DNA of 64,000 bases from positions 14,818,001 through 14,882,000 of the forward strand of contig OZ024743.1 of assembly GCA_964016885.1 (NCBI GenBank), given 5' to 3'. Shown in pieces: positions 26,845 through 39,402 of the stretch. The notes below the pieces were generated by a model. That model saw nothing but the letters and a program-made list of their open reading frames with translations. It did no database searches and was not told the DNA's origin. The stretch comes from Eledone cirrhosa (taxonomy: Eukaryota). The position numbers and the translations under genes are program-made. The stretch's first letter is position 1. Each line of letters begins with the position of its first letter.

Positions 26845-28650
26845 CACTTTACCCTGAAGGATCACAAATCAAATTTTCCGAACAACCCCTCTATTCGGCT
26901 TATTAACCCTACGAAGTCCGATTTAGGTAGACTTAGTAAAACGATTCTTGATAGAATTATACCAGAAATTAGAAGTGTGGCCCCTCTTGCACTGTGGAAC
27001 AATTCTTTCGCGGTGATTGATTGGTTCAACGGCATATGTAACAAGGAACATTGCCGTTTTATCCAATTCGACATCAACAATTACTACTCTTCCATTACTT
27101 TACCACTTCTCCTTAGAGCTCTCAATTTCGCTAAAACACTCACAGTGGTTAAGGATTTCGAAGATGATGTCATCCTCAATGCCCGAAAGTCGGTGATTAA
27201 TTTTGACGACTCTATTTGGATTAAACATTCCAATAGTACCCCATTCGACATGAGTATGGGCGCCAGTGATTCTGCGGAGGTTACTGATCTTGTCGGCCTT
27301 TTCCTTCTTTTCTCTATGAAGGACGAATTCCCCAACGCGGGTGGTGGTTTGTACCGTGACGATGGTCTTTTTACCATGACTAAGTGCGGACCTCGTGCTT
27401 GCGACAGGTTCAGAAAATAACTCACAGCCTTCTATAAAGGCTTCAACCTCTCTATACAGGTTGAGGCCAATCTCTCGGTCGTTAATTACCTCGACGTTAC
27501 CCTCAATTTATTGAATGGGTTGTATTACCCGTAGAGAAAGCCGAATGATACGCTTAATTAGTTAAGTAATCATTCCAACCATCCTGCCAGCATAACCAAG
27601 AACCTGGTAAGAAACGTTTCGTTGAGGCTTTCCCGTCTTTCCACCAACGAGCGTATTTTCAACGACCATTCCACTTATTACAATGAAGCTCTTGCTCGAA
27701 GTGGATTTGTCGATAAGGTAGAATATACAGAGTACGAAAATAGACCTAGAAGAAATAGATCCCATCGCATTTGTTGGTATAACCCACCATATAATATGGA
27801 GGTGGCCACACCATTTGCTAAGATCTTTCTTTCCATTATTACGAAGCATTTTCCCCCTACACATAAGTATAGTAAAATTTTTAATAGAAATACTATTAAC
27901 ATGTCTTACTCTACGACTCCTAACCTTGCACATAACATCACAGCTTCAAATTTAGCTAAACTACCTGGCCGTAGGAACACGTGCAACCCTGTAGTTAGTA
28001 CTAACTCTAATTGTAGGAATCGGGTTGATTGCCCCCTATCCGGGAAATGCCTCTCTAGTAACATTGTCTACACATGTAAGGTTGTAACACCCACGTCCCG
28101 TAGGGCCTACATAGGGTTAACCGCCAATAGATTCAAGCAGCATCTTTACATGCATACCCATTCTTTTCGTTACCCTCTAAGAAGGAATATGACGTCACTT
28201 TCAGCTTATATCTGGAGTCTAAAAGACAACCACACGCAATATAAGTTACGCTGGGAGATCCTATCTAGGGCTAGATCGTATAACGGAAATAAAAGATCAA
28301 GTGACCTCTGCGCCGCTGAGGACCTGGAAATACTCTACGCCACAGACCACATCTTAAACAAAAAATCTGAGGCAATTTCGGCTTGTAAACATAAATTGCA
28401 CAAAACTTTCCTGTATTACAGCCCCACGTTATACCCTAACGGATAGTACGATTTATACATGGATATTTTACGTCTTGATGTGGGAGCTAACGAACGTTTC
28501 CACGAACAAAAGTATCGTCTTCCGGTTGCAACGTTTTTTGAAATATCCACTTCTGCGTTTTCAGATTGACTTTGTTAGTTTCAGAAGATCCCGTTAAGGG
28601 TGAAAGCAGCGATTCTTTGCTTAAACTTTAATCTGTTATTTTAATAAATA
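26845..28650 (+). mobile_element. Penelope-like element (TLKDHK type), 5'-truncated; RT, GIY-YIG and pLTR
   Basis: Translation gives FTLKDHKSNFPNNPSIRLINPTKS..QFDINNYY..MGASDSAEVTDLVG..GLYRDDGL; WYNPPY..CRNRVDCPLSGKC..NIVYTC..YIGLT..; several stops. Confidence 0.93.
28577..28627 (+). ncRNA. Hammerhead-like motif with CAGAAGA (U4A) core
   Basis: agttt-CAGAAGA-tccc-gttaa-gggt-GAAA-gca..tgc-TT-aaact; all three stems can form. Confidence 0.65.
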
Positions 28651-28694
<44 letters not shown>

Positions 28695-28697
<3 letters not shown>

Positions 28698-28985
28698 TTC
28701 GTTTCTGAATTTGTTTAGCAAGATTCTTTATCTGAAAACGTGTGTTGAAACCGATATTGTTATACTTTGGGAGGGTCATGTTGCCAATAAGAAACACACG
28801 CACCAGACGTTTCACTTCAATTTATTATAATAAATCTATAAATTTAGGAATTTATAAATTTCCGGTTGGTTGGTTGGTTCCACAACCAGATGGTTGTTTA
28901 TATATTGTCAAAGTTCTTTCGTCACACATTCTGTGACCTATTCAGTGACTGGGGATTCTTTTCTTTGTTTTTTGTGCCTGTCTTT
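28695..28985 (-). mobile_element. Solo pLTR of the 5.4-6.6 kb PLE family (HHR at 28907-28949)
   Basis: Reverse complement of ~6310-6596; tail-to-tail with the previous PLE across a (TA)n tract. Confidence 0.85.
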
Positions 28986-29814
28986 TTTGATGTTTGTGTG
29001 AAAAAGATTTTTTTTTAATCATGATGTATTGTCTGATTGATTTTAATTATAACCATTATCTGGGATTTTTATCATATACTTCACTTAAAGTTTTAAATGA
29101 ATCCATAGACAATTAATTTCGTTAGTCTAAACATTATTTTTAACCCAAAAATTATTTTCTCTTCTTTCCTTTCGGATTAGCTAATATTTATATTTCCAGT
29201 ATGATATTTCTACATTTAACATGATTTATTCAATACTAAATTTACCTATTAATTAAAATATTGGATGTGTGAGGTGTTGAGTATTTGTGTATATATGTGA
29301 CGTTTAAAGGACTCTCTTCTGTATCCAACTATCTTTCCTTCCGCCTCTTGGGCCCGGCCGATTAGATGGAAAATACATGCCCCGATAGCAGTGAACAGTG
29401 TTTCGGTTCGGGGTCAATGACGCCGGATATCTCCCCTGCTAACAAAACTATCACAGAGCGGCCGATACTTGCACAAGTTGCGATTCTTCATCCTGGTGTG
29501 CAAGCAAAGATTGGAGTTATGGTTTAATGAAGGATGTTGAATATGTAAAAGATCTATTCACCTACCGTTTCTCAATTACATCTCTGAATCGAAACACATT
29601 TCCAACTAGATTTTAATTTATATATTCATGTTTATGAATTTATAAGAAAATATATGATACGTACTTCCATTCCTGATATAGATATTGCATTTAATTAATA
29701 TGAGATTTAGAATATTATTTAGTTTTGAAACGACTATACCTATACACACACATACACACGCATATCCATGTGTATACACACACACGCACACATGTATATA
29801 TGCATATATATATA

Positions 29815-30290
29815 TTAGGATTGGTGCTCTGAAATATCGATGTCTATAGTATATTTTGCAGTATAGTGTATGCTTAATTAAAAACATTTTGAAGACCTTG
29901 CGTTATTATTTTAAAGTAGTCACTATGTCACTTCTTCTTTCAACAAACAAAGGGAGATAAGCTGACAGATCTGTTTCACACTGTTGGTGATCATCAGAGC
30001 TTAGCACTCGCCGATGTTTGTTGAATATTGTAGATGCTGGAATCTTATAGAATTCAAGTAATAATCAGGAACTGATTATACAGAGCGATTGCAGGTCCAG
30101 CAAACATTGAAAATTAGGATTGGTGCTCTGAAATAGCGATGTATACATGAATATATGTGTAGCATATTTTGTTGAAAAAAGAAGTAAGTGACATAGTCAC
30201 TAGTTTAAAATAATAGCGCAAGGTCTTGAAAATGTTTTTAATTTAGCATACAGTATATTGCCAAATATACTATACATATATTCATATATA
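29815..30290 (-). mobile_element. Retrozyme-like non-coding element (~299 nt period plus inverted partial copy)
   Basis: 'ttaggattggtgctctgaaat' at 29815 and 30114; inverted arm 30167-30285; intact HHR; homologous to 47948-48573. Confidence 0.75.
29959..30002 (-). ncRNA. Canonical type I hammerhead ribozyme
   Basis: aagct-CTGATGA-tcac-caaca-gtgt-GAAA-cagatctg-TC-agctt: perfect stem I, palindromic stem III, GUC triplet. Confidence 0.9.
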
Positions 30291-30787
30291 TATATATATA
30301 TATATATGATGGCTTCCCCCTCGTTATTGAGTATGGCCATTGCACGATATAACATTATTAATAATTATTAAGTAATGCTACCGTGCAAGATCTGTTCGTG
30401 AATATTGTTTTAAAGTGAGAAATCACTGTGCACTGAGCCAATCCCACTCTCTAAGCGAAAGTAGCTATAACCTGAAAAGAAGAAAAGCTCAACATCATCA
30501 GTAACAAGTGAGCCGCAGTTTTTATGTCGGAGTTATCCCAGATTCCAGAGTTGCCTTCTCCTAGAAGAATGCCCTGACATAGAGTAGGGGAGTCCTTCAC
30601 TCACAATTATGAGATTGCGCGTTAGATTCTCGGACTTGGCGATACGATATGTCCTTGTGCAAGACCCATTATTTTTACGTTGTCTCTTTCTACCAAGGGT
30701 TTGGACGGCAGAAATAATCAACCATTTTCTTGATACAATTCGACGAGGTCCACCTCACCCGGTAAATGAATTAGATCCTAATACATG

Positions 30788-30876
<89 letters not shown>

Positions 30877-30880
<4 letters not shown>

Positions 30881-31645
30881 ATACTTTGGGGGAGTCATAT
30901 TTGTGTAATATTGCCAGAATTAATAACAGAACACACTCACTGTTTGGTTGGTTTCCGTTTTTCGCTTCTGTGTCTTTTATATCGGTAATCTGATTTATTC
31001 GGTCCTCGATGTTGCCATTGCCTGACCAACGGTCAAACATAATACAGATACAATATAGACACAAACACATATATATAGTTTATCAAAGTTCTTTCGTTGC
31101 ACGTCTGCAACATCGTCAGTGGTGCTATTGTTTCCTCCCGTTGTATTGTATTTTCTACACCATCTTTATATAGTCTCTTTATATATTTATTTATTTGTTT
31201 ATTTTATTTTGTCTTCTTTGCGCATGCGTTTGCGTGTTTGGATAGTGTTTTGTTTGATGTGTGTTCGTGATTGGGTGACTGTGTATTGGTTAATGTTTTC
31301 TATCTTTACTAGTGTGTGTTTATATGTGTTTGTTGTTATTGTGCTTGTGTATGTATTTATTTATTTATTTATCTATTTATTTATTCATACTTCTCTTAGG
31401 TCAGTGTTGTTTGTTTGGGTGTTGTCATTCCATTGTTTCTTTCTGTTTAGCCTTGGCCTTCTAAGTTCTACTTCACTGGTCTCTCTGATTTGCCTATCTG
31501 CTGGGTCATTTCTATGTTTAGATATTATTCTATTATTCTAATTTCTATGTTGCCTATTTTACCGTCGTCTTGTTGTCTGGCATGTTCGTATAGTACTGAA
31601 CGGTTCAGCACTATAGAAATGACCCAGCAGATAGGCAAATCACAA
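30877..31645 (-). mobile_element. PLE 3' fragment: endonuclease C-terminus, pLTR with HHR (31081-31122) and short 5' inversion
   Basis: Translation gives SVLYEHARQ..IEIRII..RNDPADRQIRE..PRLNRK; HHR reads CTGACGA-t-gttgca-gacg-tgcaac-GAAA; 31612-31642 is an inverted copy of ~31486-31516. Confidence 0.82.
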
Positions 31646-32979
31646 CGTCGACATAGCAGTTATTTGCTGGCAACTCTCTAACTGCCATAAGTGGGCAAAA
31701 CGACAACAATAGTAATAACTACGGAGTGAGAAGTATCATGCCTTTCAGAATAATACTTTTCTCCAGTATAGTCTTTTCTGTAGTTGTTTAGCACGAATTA
31801 AAAAAACAATTACGTTATCCCACATGTCTCTTGTAAAATGTTGTTTGAGGAGGAATGCTATTGTCTGGCGACTAGAGTGGTCTATATTTTGCTCTCTCTT
31901 TAGCTAAGATTAATAAAGCAAAACAAAAAGAAATGTAATAAATATTTACTGTTTTTTTTCTTTGATTCTCCAGATCACAATGTCCCCGAAAATAGGTGGG
32001 AAATATTCCGGGCAAGCATTGCTGAATTCACAATTCCGAAGTTTCGAACATGGATGTAGAGGAAGGAGAATTATTACATTTAAGCAAACCACAAAGCAGA
32101 TTGAAAATAGGAAAATCACGTTTGTACGAAGAAAATAACAAACACAAATCAACAGAATATTTATGATTATGTTGTTCTACTTGGAAAGATATTTACGCTT
32201 TCATGCTTGTGTTATTGATATACTTGTTTTAGTAGCATGCCAGTACTGTCATAAACAATGCATCGCCTCACAAATCAATCACACAAAAAAAAAAAAAAAA
32301 ATCGACAGGATATTATATTTTGGGGTAAATGAATCTGTTCCAATTCCGAGATAAAATGGATTAACTTCATTTACATCGTAAATTCTTTTGATAACGACAT
32401 GGATTTTCCTTTAAAGCCAAGAAAGAAATAATAATCAGATTTATTTGGTGGTTGGATGGAATACATAGAACTTAGAATGTTATTTACTTTAACGAGTTTG
32501 AAGGTCGTAATTCAGCATTGTTCTTAAGAGCATCATGAAGGTATATAACAAAATATTTTACAGTGAGATATCATTGCTAAAACTGCAACCAAGTAATAGC
32601 TACTGTAACTTCATCCAGGTTACTAGACTTAACAGAAATAGTAATTAAATAAATTCAAATGATAGAATATCGTAGACAAAAGTAATATTAAGCTGATTAG
32701 TCATAAGTAGTTGGATTCCAACGTTACATATTTTTTTCTTTTTTTGTGGGGGCGGGGAGAAAACATAGAGATTCCATAAAGGGTGATCACAAATACATCT
32801 TGAATTCGTTAGGAGAGATTGGATGATGTAGAACCTCAAACGCTACAGAGACGAACGTATGATCCGCAAGAACTTACCAACATAAACGTAAATTCATTTC
32901 TGAGGAAATCGCTCCAATACCAGCAACAAATACAAATACTGCATCTTGGTTCGCATAAGCGTCGCCATAGAAATAATTA

Positions 32980-33889
32980 TCTATATATATAAAACTGAGG
33001 TTGTCTGTATGATTGTCTGTCTACTAAAACTGTCTGCACACATCTCCTCCTAAACCGTACGTTCAAATGTCGGTGAAATCGCTAAACTTATAGATGAAGG
33101 TCCGGCGGAAACATCGCTCAAAAACATTTTCAAATCGACCGAAACCAAGTGCAAAAATAGAATTTGTAACGTATTGATTTTTCAGTTCAAATGTATAAAT
33201 AGAGATGAGAGACGAGTTATTTCTCTTTTATGGCGTCATTTGTCTCTCTATTTACGTTACGAACAAACTACGCGTGCAAAAGTACAAAAAATACGCGAAC
33301 AGTTTTCGTGCCAGCAAAATTTTAACCTGCAAAATTCATGAGTTGGAAGTTTCAACATTAAGCTTCCATTTTGCTTAATTTCCATTAAAAAGGCTTTTAA
33401 AACAGTATTTTTACTTGAAAACAAGCCTATTTGAATACACCGTAAAACAAGCAAATATTTTTTAAAAAAAGCATTGATATATATAATCTCGAATATAGCC
33501 GTATGAGATTTTATTTAGAAGCAATGATTATATACGACAGACAGATAACGCATTTGATTTTTTGTTTTTCATGTCCATCCAATTTCTTTGTTTCAAAATA
33601 ACTGATAGTTTGGTTACGCTGATGTTTTTCTCTGAGACAAGTGTTGCAGTGTTTATATTTTCGATTTATGTTAAGTTTTTATCCCCAGCATCGTCTTTTG
33701 TTTTAACATTAGAATTATGTTTTCTTTACTTCATAAGGCATACTGTTGGTTGAGAGAATATGAATCAAAATTACCACATGACAGTCTACACTGTAGACTC
33801 TACAGTTTTTATGCCAAGAAAGGAACTTAACATTGTAACTTTAACACAGCTACTGAGAAGCCCCGAGCAGCGCCGGACTTTACTTCTAG
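32980..33889 (+). mobile_element. Non-autonomous Helitron
   Basis: 5' end A|TCTATATATATAAAACTGAG; 3' hairpin 'cccgagcagcgccgg' followed by CTAG|T; AT target with no TSD. Confidence 0.8.
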
Positions 33890-34015
33890 TAATGAATATA
33901 ATCACAGCATATCTTTCTTAATGTTATTCTTACACTAAATCACTATCGTAGTTGCACACTACGATTGTGGCATCTCAGTTCACGGAAATTCTTCACTGAC
34001 CACACACACAAACGT

Positions 34016-34053
<38 letters not shown>

Positions 34054-34589
34054 GTGTGTAGGTGAGTATGCATATGTATATGGATATACATATGCATACA
34101 CACATATATCTCCGTGCGTGGGCCCCTGTGTCTGTGTATATGCATGTCCACGCGCGTCTGTACGTCTTTGCGTGCCGGCCAATATCTGTCGAATTTCTAT
34201 ATCTTACAATTATTTTTATTATTTCTTCCTAACACTATTATCCGCAACCAGGCAAATCCTCTTTTTAATTTGCTTCATTCTATGACAAAACCTTTAATGA
34301 CACTGTAAACTAGCAGCGCGTCGTCCAAGCGTAACACACTCAACGCACCCCTGCCAAAAAGGCCACCCCCACTCAGAGCTTCCTGTTTACACCAAAGCAT
34401 GTCTTTCACTGACTAATAAACATTCCAAGACGTGCCCAGACGCGCACATACACACACACACGAATCTTTAATAGCTCGCGCGCCAGCGCAAACATGCACA
34501 TGAATATCTGTGAATGCACACCCACATTGCTGCCTCACCAATTACCAAATTGCACACATAAATCCACACCCTCAAAAATAGGGACGATG

Positions 34590-34671
<82 letters not shown>

Positions 34672-34717
34672 ATCTCAGCCCACATGTCACAACAAAAATG
34701 TATCCTGGGTCACATCA

Positions 34718-34810
34718 CCAGTCTGACGAGCTGATCAATACTAGAGTCGGTTCTATAATTCCTATGGGTCACACTGAGCCAATTCTCGGCGATACGCGCG
34801 TAAAAGATCG
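34718..34810 (+). ncRNA. Hammerhead-like variant (GAUA core, long loop 2) in a solo pLTR-like island
   Basis: CTGACGA-gctga-(~50 nt)-tcggc-GATA-cgcgcg-TA; stem I is weak; lies between (TA)n tracts. Confidence 0.5.
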
Positions 34811-34907
34811 ATACGCAATAAATATATTTCATATGTAAACGAAACTTACTTGTTTCTTTCTATTATATATATACGTGTATATATATGTATATATATATAG
34901 AAAGGAA

Positions 34908-35038
34908 CGATCGACTTTCGTCAAATCGGACCGAGGGAACAATGTTTCCGTTGGTCTTTCCAATTGCTAATACTATCTATCGGTCGCAGCTCCAGGTAGA
35001 AGGAGAAATGTGCAATAAAGTGTCTTGCTCAAGGACAT
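34908..35038 (-). mobile_element. SINE fragment, same family as 26322-26523
   Basis: Shared 'cgactttcgtcaaatcggaccgagg...aaagtgtcttgctcaa'. Confidence 0.65.
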
Positions 35039-35039
35039 G

Positions 35040-35517
35040 TATTGTATTTATTTACTTTGTTCTTAACTCTGTAGCGGAGATTCATTCGGTCTCCTAGTTA
35101 GAATTTTAGTCTACGACTTCTGCTATACCATTTACCTGGTTTTGTCTTTGCACGCTATTGTTCTCCACGCTCCACATATGACTTATTATCTTCGTTTTTT
35201 CGTTCATTGACAGAGAACGTCTCTATGCACCACTTAGAGAACATTAGTCTACGACCTCTTTTATACGATAAACGTGGTTCTGTCCTTGCACGTAATTGTT
35301 TTTCACCGCTCCTATTAATGACGTATTATTCGTTTTTTCCCGTTCTTTGCCAGCGAACGTCACCATGAACCAAAGTATCGTCTTCCTGTCTTCCTCCGGT
35401 TGCAACGTTTTTTGAAATATCCAGTTCTGCGTTTACAGGTTGACTTTGTTAGTTTCAGAAGATCCCGTTAAGGGTGAAAGCAGCGATTCATTGCTTAAAC
35501 TTTAATCTGTTATTTTA

Positions 35518-35525
<8 letters not shown>
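35040..35525 (+). mobile_element. PLE 3' UTR/pLTR of the 26.8 kb family, with ~140 bp internal repeats; HHR at 35451-35501
   Basis: 35370-35525 matches 28507-28650. Confidence 0.75.
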
Positions 35526-35606
<81 letters not shown>

Positions 35607-35624
35607 AATATCTATATATCTATA

Positions 35625-35660
<36 letters not shown>

Positions 35661-35663
<3 letters not shown>

Positions 35664-35880
35664 TTATTAAAATAACAGATTAAAGTTTAAGCAAATAATC
35701 GCTGCTTTCACCCTTAACGGGATCTTCTGAAACGGGAGTTTCAGAAGATCCCGTTAAGGGTGAAAGCAGCAATTCTTTGCTTAAACTTTAATCTGTTATT
35801 TTAATAAATATTTGACTACGGTTCTTATATATTTGATATATATTTATCCTTATCGAGCCCTCTTTGGATTTTAGTCTTGA
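35661..35880. mobile_element. Fold-back of two head-to-head pLTR ends, each with a CAGAAGA HHR
   Basis: 35661-35733 is the reverse complement of 35738-35810. Confidence 0.8.
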
Positions 35881-36021
35881 AATTTATTATTATTAATTAT
35901 ATATTAATTATATATTATATATTATTAATTATATATTATATATTATATATTAATTATATATTAATTATATATATAATTATATATTATATATTATTAATTA
36001 TATATTAATTATATATATAAT

Positions 36022-36369
36022 TGGGCCCCGTGCTATCCGTCCCATTCAAAAATCTAAATCGCAACTCATAACAACAATACGGCACAATTATTTCACCTCA
36101 ATCGGCCCTGCTCTCTTCAACATCACACCAGGACACGTCAAAACAGAAACTGACCACACAAAATTCAAGAAGTCTTTGGACAAATTCCTCCAAGTAATCC
36201 CGGACAAACCACCCACATCCGGATATGTCTCCGCAAACAGTAATTCTCTTCTCGAATGGGCCATGGTGCCCAAATCCTGAATTGAAAGACTTCGCCAGGT
36301 GGTGCTATTAAGTTAGACATGGCCTGGGCCAATACTGGCCAAAACATTTCAAAGTTATTCAAAGTTATA
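36022..36369 (+). mobile_element. CR1-like LINE 3' end
   Basis: Translation gives [49 protein letters not shown]; short tandem tail (ttcaaagtta)2. Confidence 0.75.
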
Positions 36370-36584
<215 letters not shown>

Positions 36585-36993
36585 AACATATGTGCGTATA
36601 TTTGTGTGTATCTGTTTGCTTATTACTTTGTAGGAGGTTATAAGTAATAATTTACGTATCATTTTTAAACGAATAATGTTTTCAATGACGCCGCAGTCTC
36701 GATGTTATCTTTCCCTTGCTTTATATATTTGTATCAAACAATGGCATTTTTCTATGGTTTTTCAAATATTGCCGCCGCCGTATCTTCTTACAATTTATTC
36801 GCGGAAGCTGCTAATGTTGTCTTTTCGAGAATTTTTTCCACTTCTTCTCAACAATCATACCTAAATTATATGCCCAGACTTATAATGATGATAATATTAA
36901 TATATTATTTTTGTTGTTGTTGAGGTTCTTATTTTTCTTGTGATTAATTTTGTTTTCCTTGTTTTTCTTCTTTTTCTTATGTTTCTTGGTTTT

Positions 36994-37056
<63 letters not shown>
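36994..37056. repeat. (TTC)n(TTA)n microsatellite at the LINE 5' junction
   Basis: Direct. Confidence 0.95.
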
Positions 37057-37271
37057 GAATGCTATGGTTGACGGAGGCTCGGCTCTGTAAGGTATTGTAA
37101 ATTTTGAACGCTATAACAATTGTAAATTGTTTAAAACTTTAACGAACTTGTAGACAAAAACACCTTCCTCCTCGTGAGAGGGGTCTTTCTGCTCGTTATT
37201 TGGCCCTTCGGGGTTAAATAACTGCTTATTGAGGTTTTGTGCCCAATATTTATTTTAAACAAAAAAACAAC

Positions 37272-39367
37272 ATGGCTACGAACAAGAACTTTCATAGGTC
37301 ACTCCCACTTATTCCGTCTTCTTCTTCCTCAATCATCACTACAGCAGAGAGAAGATTGTCTCTCTCCCTCCCTTCTTTAAATGTGTCTCTCTCCCTCCCT
37401 TCTCGTTCGCAAGCGACGACAGAAAAGAAAAGTCTCGTGCAAAGCGTGTAAGATTTCTCCACGACGACGACGACAACGACGAAACAGGTGTGCGGGAAAT
37501 ACGAAAACCCATTTCATTCGTCTGACGTCGGGAATAATAGCAGTAGCAGCACAAATAACAACAGCAACAGTGATTGAAAACAACAGTAGCAGCCGCAACA
37601 GCATCACCAGCAGCATAAACAACAACTGCATTAGCAGCAGCAACACCAACAACAACCACAGCAACAGCGGCGAAGGCAGTAGTCGTAGTACCTGCAGCAA
37701 CAACAAAAGTAACAGCAGCTCTGACGACAACAACAACAGCAGCAAAGAAAAACCAATCTCGTTTGCAGGTATTGCGAAAAACTTGGAAACAATCCTCATA
37801 ACAAATGAGGAATTAGAGGAAGCGAAGAAGATGGTAACAAAGACTGGACACCGAGCAATCTGCAAGGCAGCGGAAACATTTTTCGAAACCCAACAGCACT
37901 GTACGGTCACATACCGTACAGTAAGTACAAAATCCCGTAGGGTGGAAAGAGCCACAGAGGCTCAAATACAAAAAGCCTTGGGGTCTGTGTGGCTGCGGAA
38001 AACGCACATCACCCGAGGAAAAAAATATGCCACCGTAGACGTACTTTTTGCCACACCGCAGGAGGCAAAGGCCCAATCCGTAGTGACCCTAAGCAGCGAG
38101 GAAATGGTGTTGGTGCCCTCCTACTGCGGGCAAAAAATTGTGAGGGTCAAACTGACCCACGTCCCCCCCGGGATGCCCCTTCTTGGCTGGCCGCGTCTGT
38201 CCTCGTCGGAATCGAGGACAAAACAACTGTACTGCAAGTACAGAAAAAGTAAGAGAAGATTGGGTCGGCACCTCCATTGAGATGCTAATCGAAACCAACC
38301 AGGAGTGCATCGAAGCTATCCCGGATGTGATAGATTTCGATAACGGCACTCAACTGCCCATAAGTGTTGAGGGAAAACGCCCGAAATGCTTTCGCTGTGG
38401 ATCGAAGACTCACCTCAGGGCCTTCTGCAACGAGAAGACCCTGAGAAAGGAGAAACCCCCCCTCCTTCCGAAACCGGCTCCATGGCTACCAGCAACAGGA
38501 CAAGCGGCAACCAGGAACGATAGGTCCGTGGCACCCATACCCACGCCACGGAAATCAAAAACAGCAGCAGCAGTGGAAATATTAACAACAACAACAGCAA
38601 TACCAAATGCAGCTGCAACAGAGACTCCAGGGCAAACATCACCAACAACAACAAGTGAAAGAGTGGAGCTGGTACCCCTCCCCGACCTCACAGAATCAGA
38701 CATGGAGTGTGAGGTGGGAGAGAGATGGCAAAAGGTCGTAAGAAGGCACAAACGCAGAAGCAGCGCATCGTCGCCTTTGAAAAGGGAGGAAAGAAATGAG
38801 AAAAGGGTAAAGTCTACTGCAAAGAGACCCACAGCAGCAACACCACCAACACCATCACCACCCACACTAGCACCACCATCGCCACCGGCGACAACCCCAC
38901 CGCCAACAACACCTTCAACACCACTACCACAAGCACCAACATCGCAAACACAACAACAAAACACACACACCCAGCAACAACGACAAGAAAATAGCAGAAC
39001 CACACCCCACCCCCAGAAAAACAAATGCACGGCAATAAATACACACAACAAGAAACTAATGACTTACATAATTGAACACACAGACATTTCACAACACGAC
39101 TACATAATACCAGCACCAATCAAAACGCCAACTAACATAAGACTGCTAAAAATAGCACAGAAACAATACACAAACATCAAAACGAAATTCCCCAACGCAG
39201 TTGGTGATTTCAGGGACCTAGGAGGAACTATCAATCGAAGAGTATATTCAGACATTCTCTTAGAAGAGCCGACGACCAGCCGAAGGGACGATTCAACGGT
39301 CCCTTCACCAGACGATCAAGTGAAAAGGGATGTAAAAACCATCCCTCCTCTACCAAAAGTACGTTAA
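37272..39367 (+). pseudogene. LINE ORF1 (CCHC zinc knuckle, P/T-rich linker), frameshifted
   Basis: Pieces 37239-37451, 37381-38280 and 38183-39367. Confidence 0.8.
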
Positions 39368-39402
39368 GTGGTCTTTCCCATCTTTTCCACTCTATTTTAA
39401 AC

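Noticed and set aside
21109-28446. Selenocysteine (in-frame TGA) recoding as described for some PLE clades
   Set aside because: The disruptions I checked are frameshifts and TAA/TAG stops, not TGA at conserved Cys positions
30490-30750. Possible very old RTE fragment on the minus strand (IISAVQT..RIAK)
   Set aside because: Too degenerate to support as a feature
35040-35370. ~140 bp repeats and other spaced repeats considered as a CRISPR-like array
   Set aside because: Eukaryotic TE-internal tandem repeats; no constant repeat/unique spacer pattern and no cas genes
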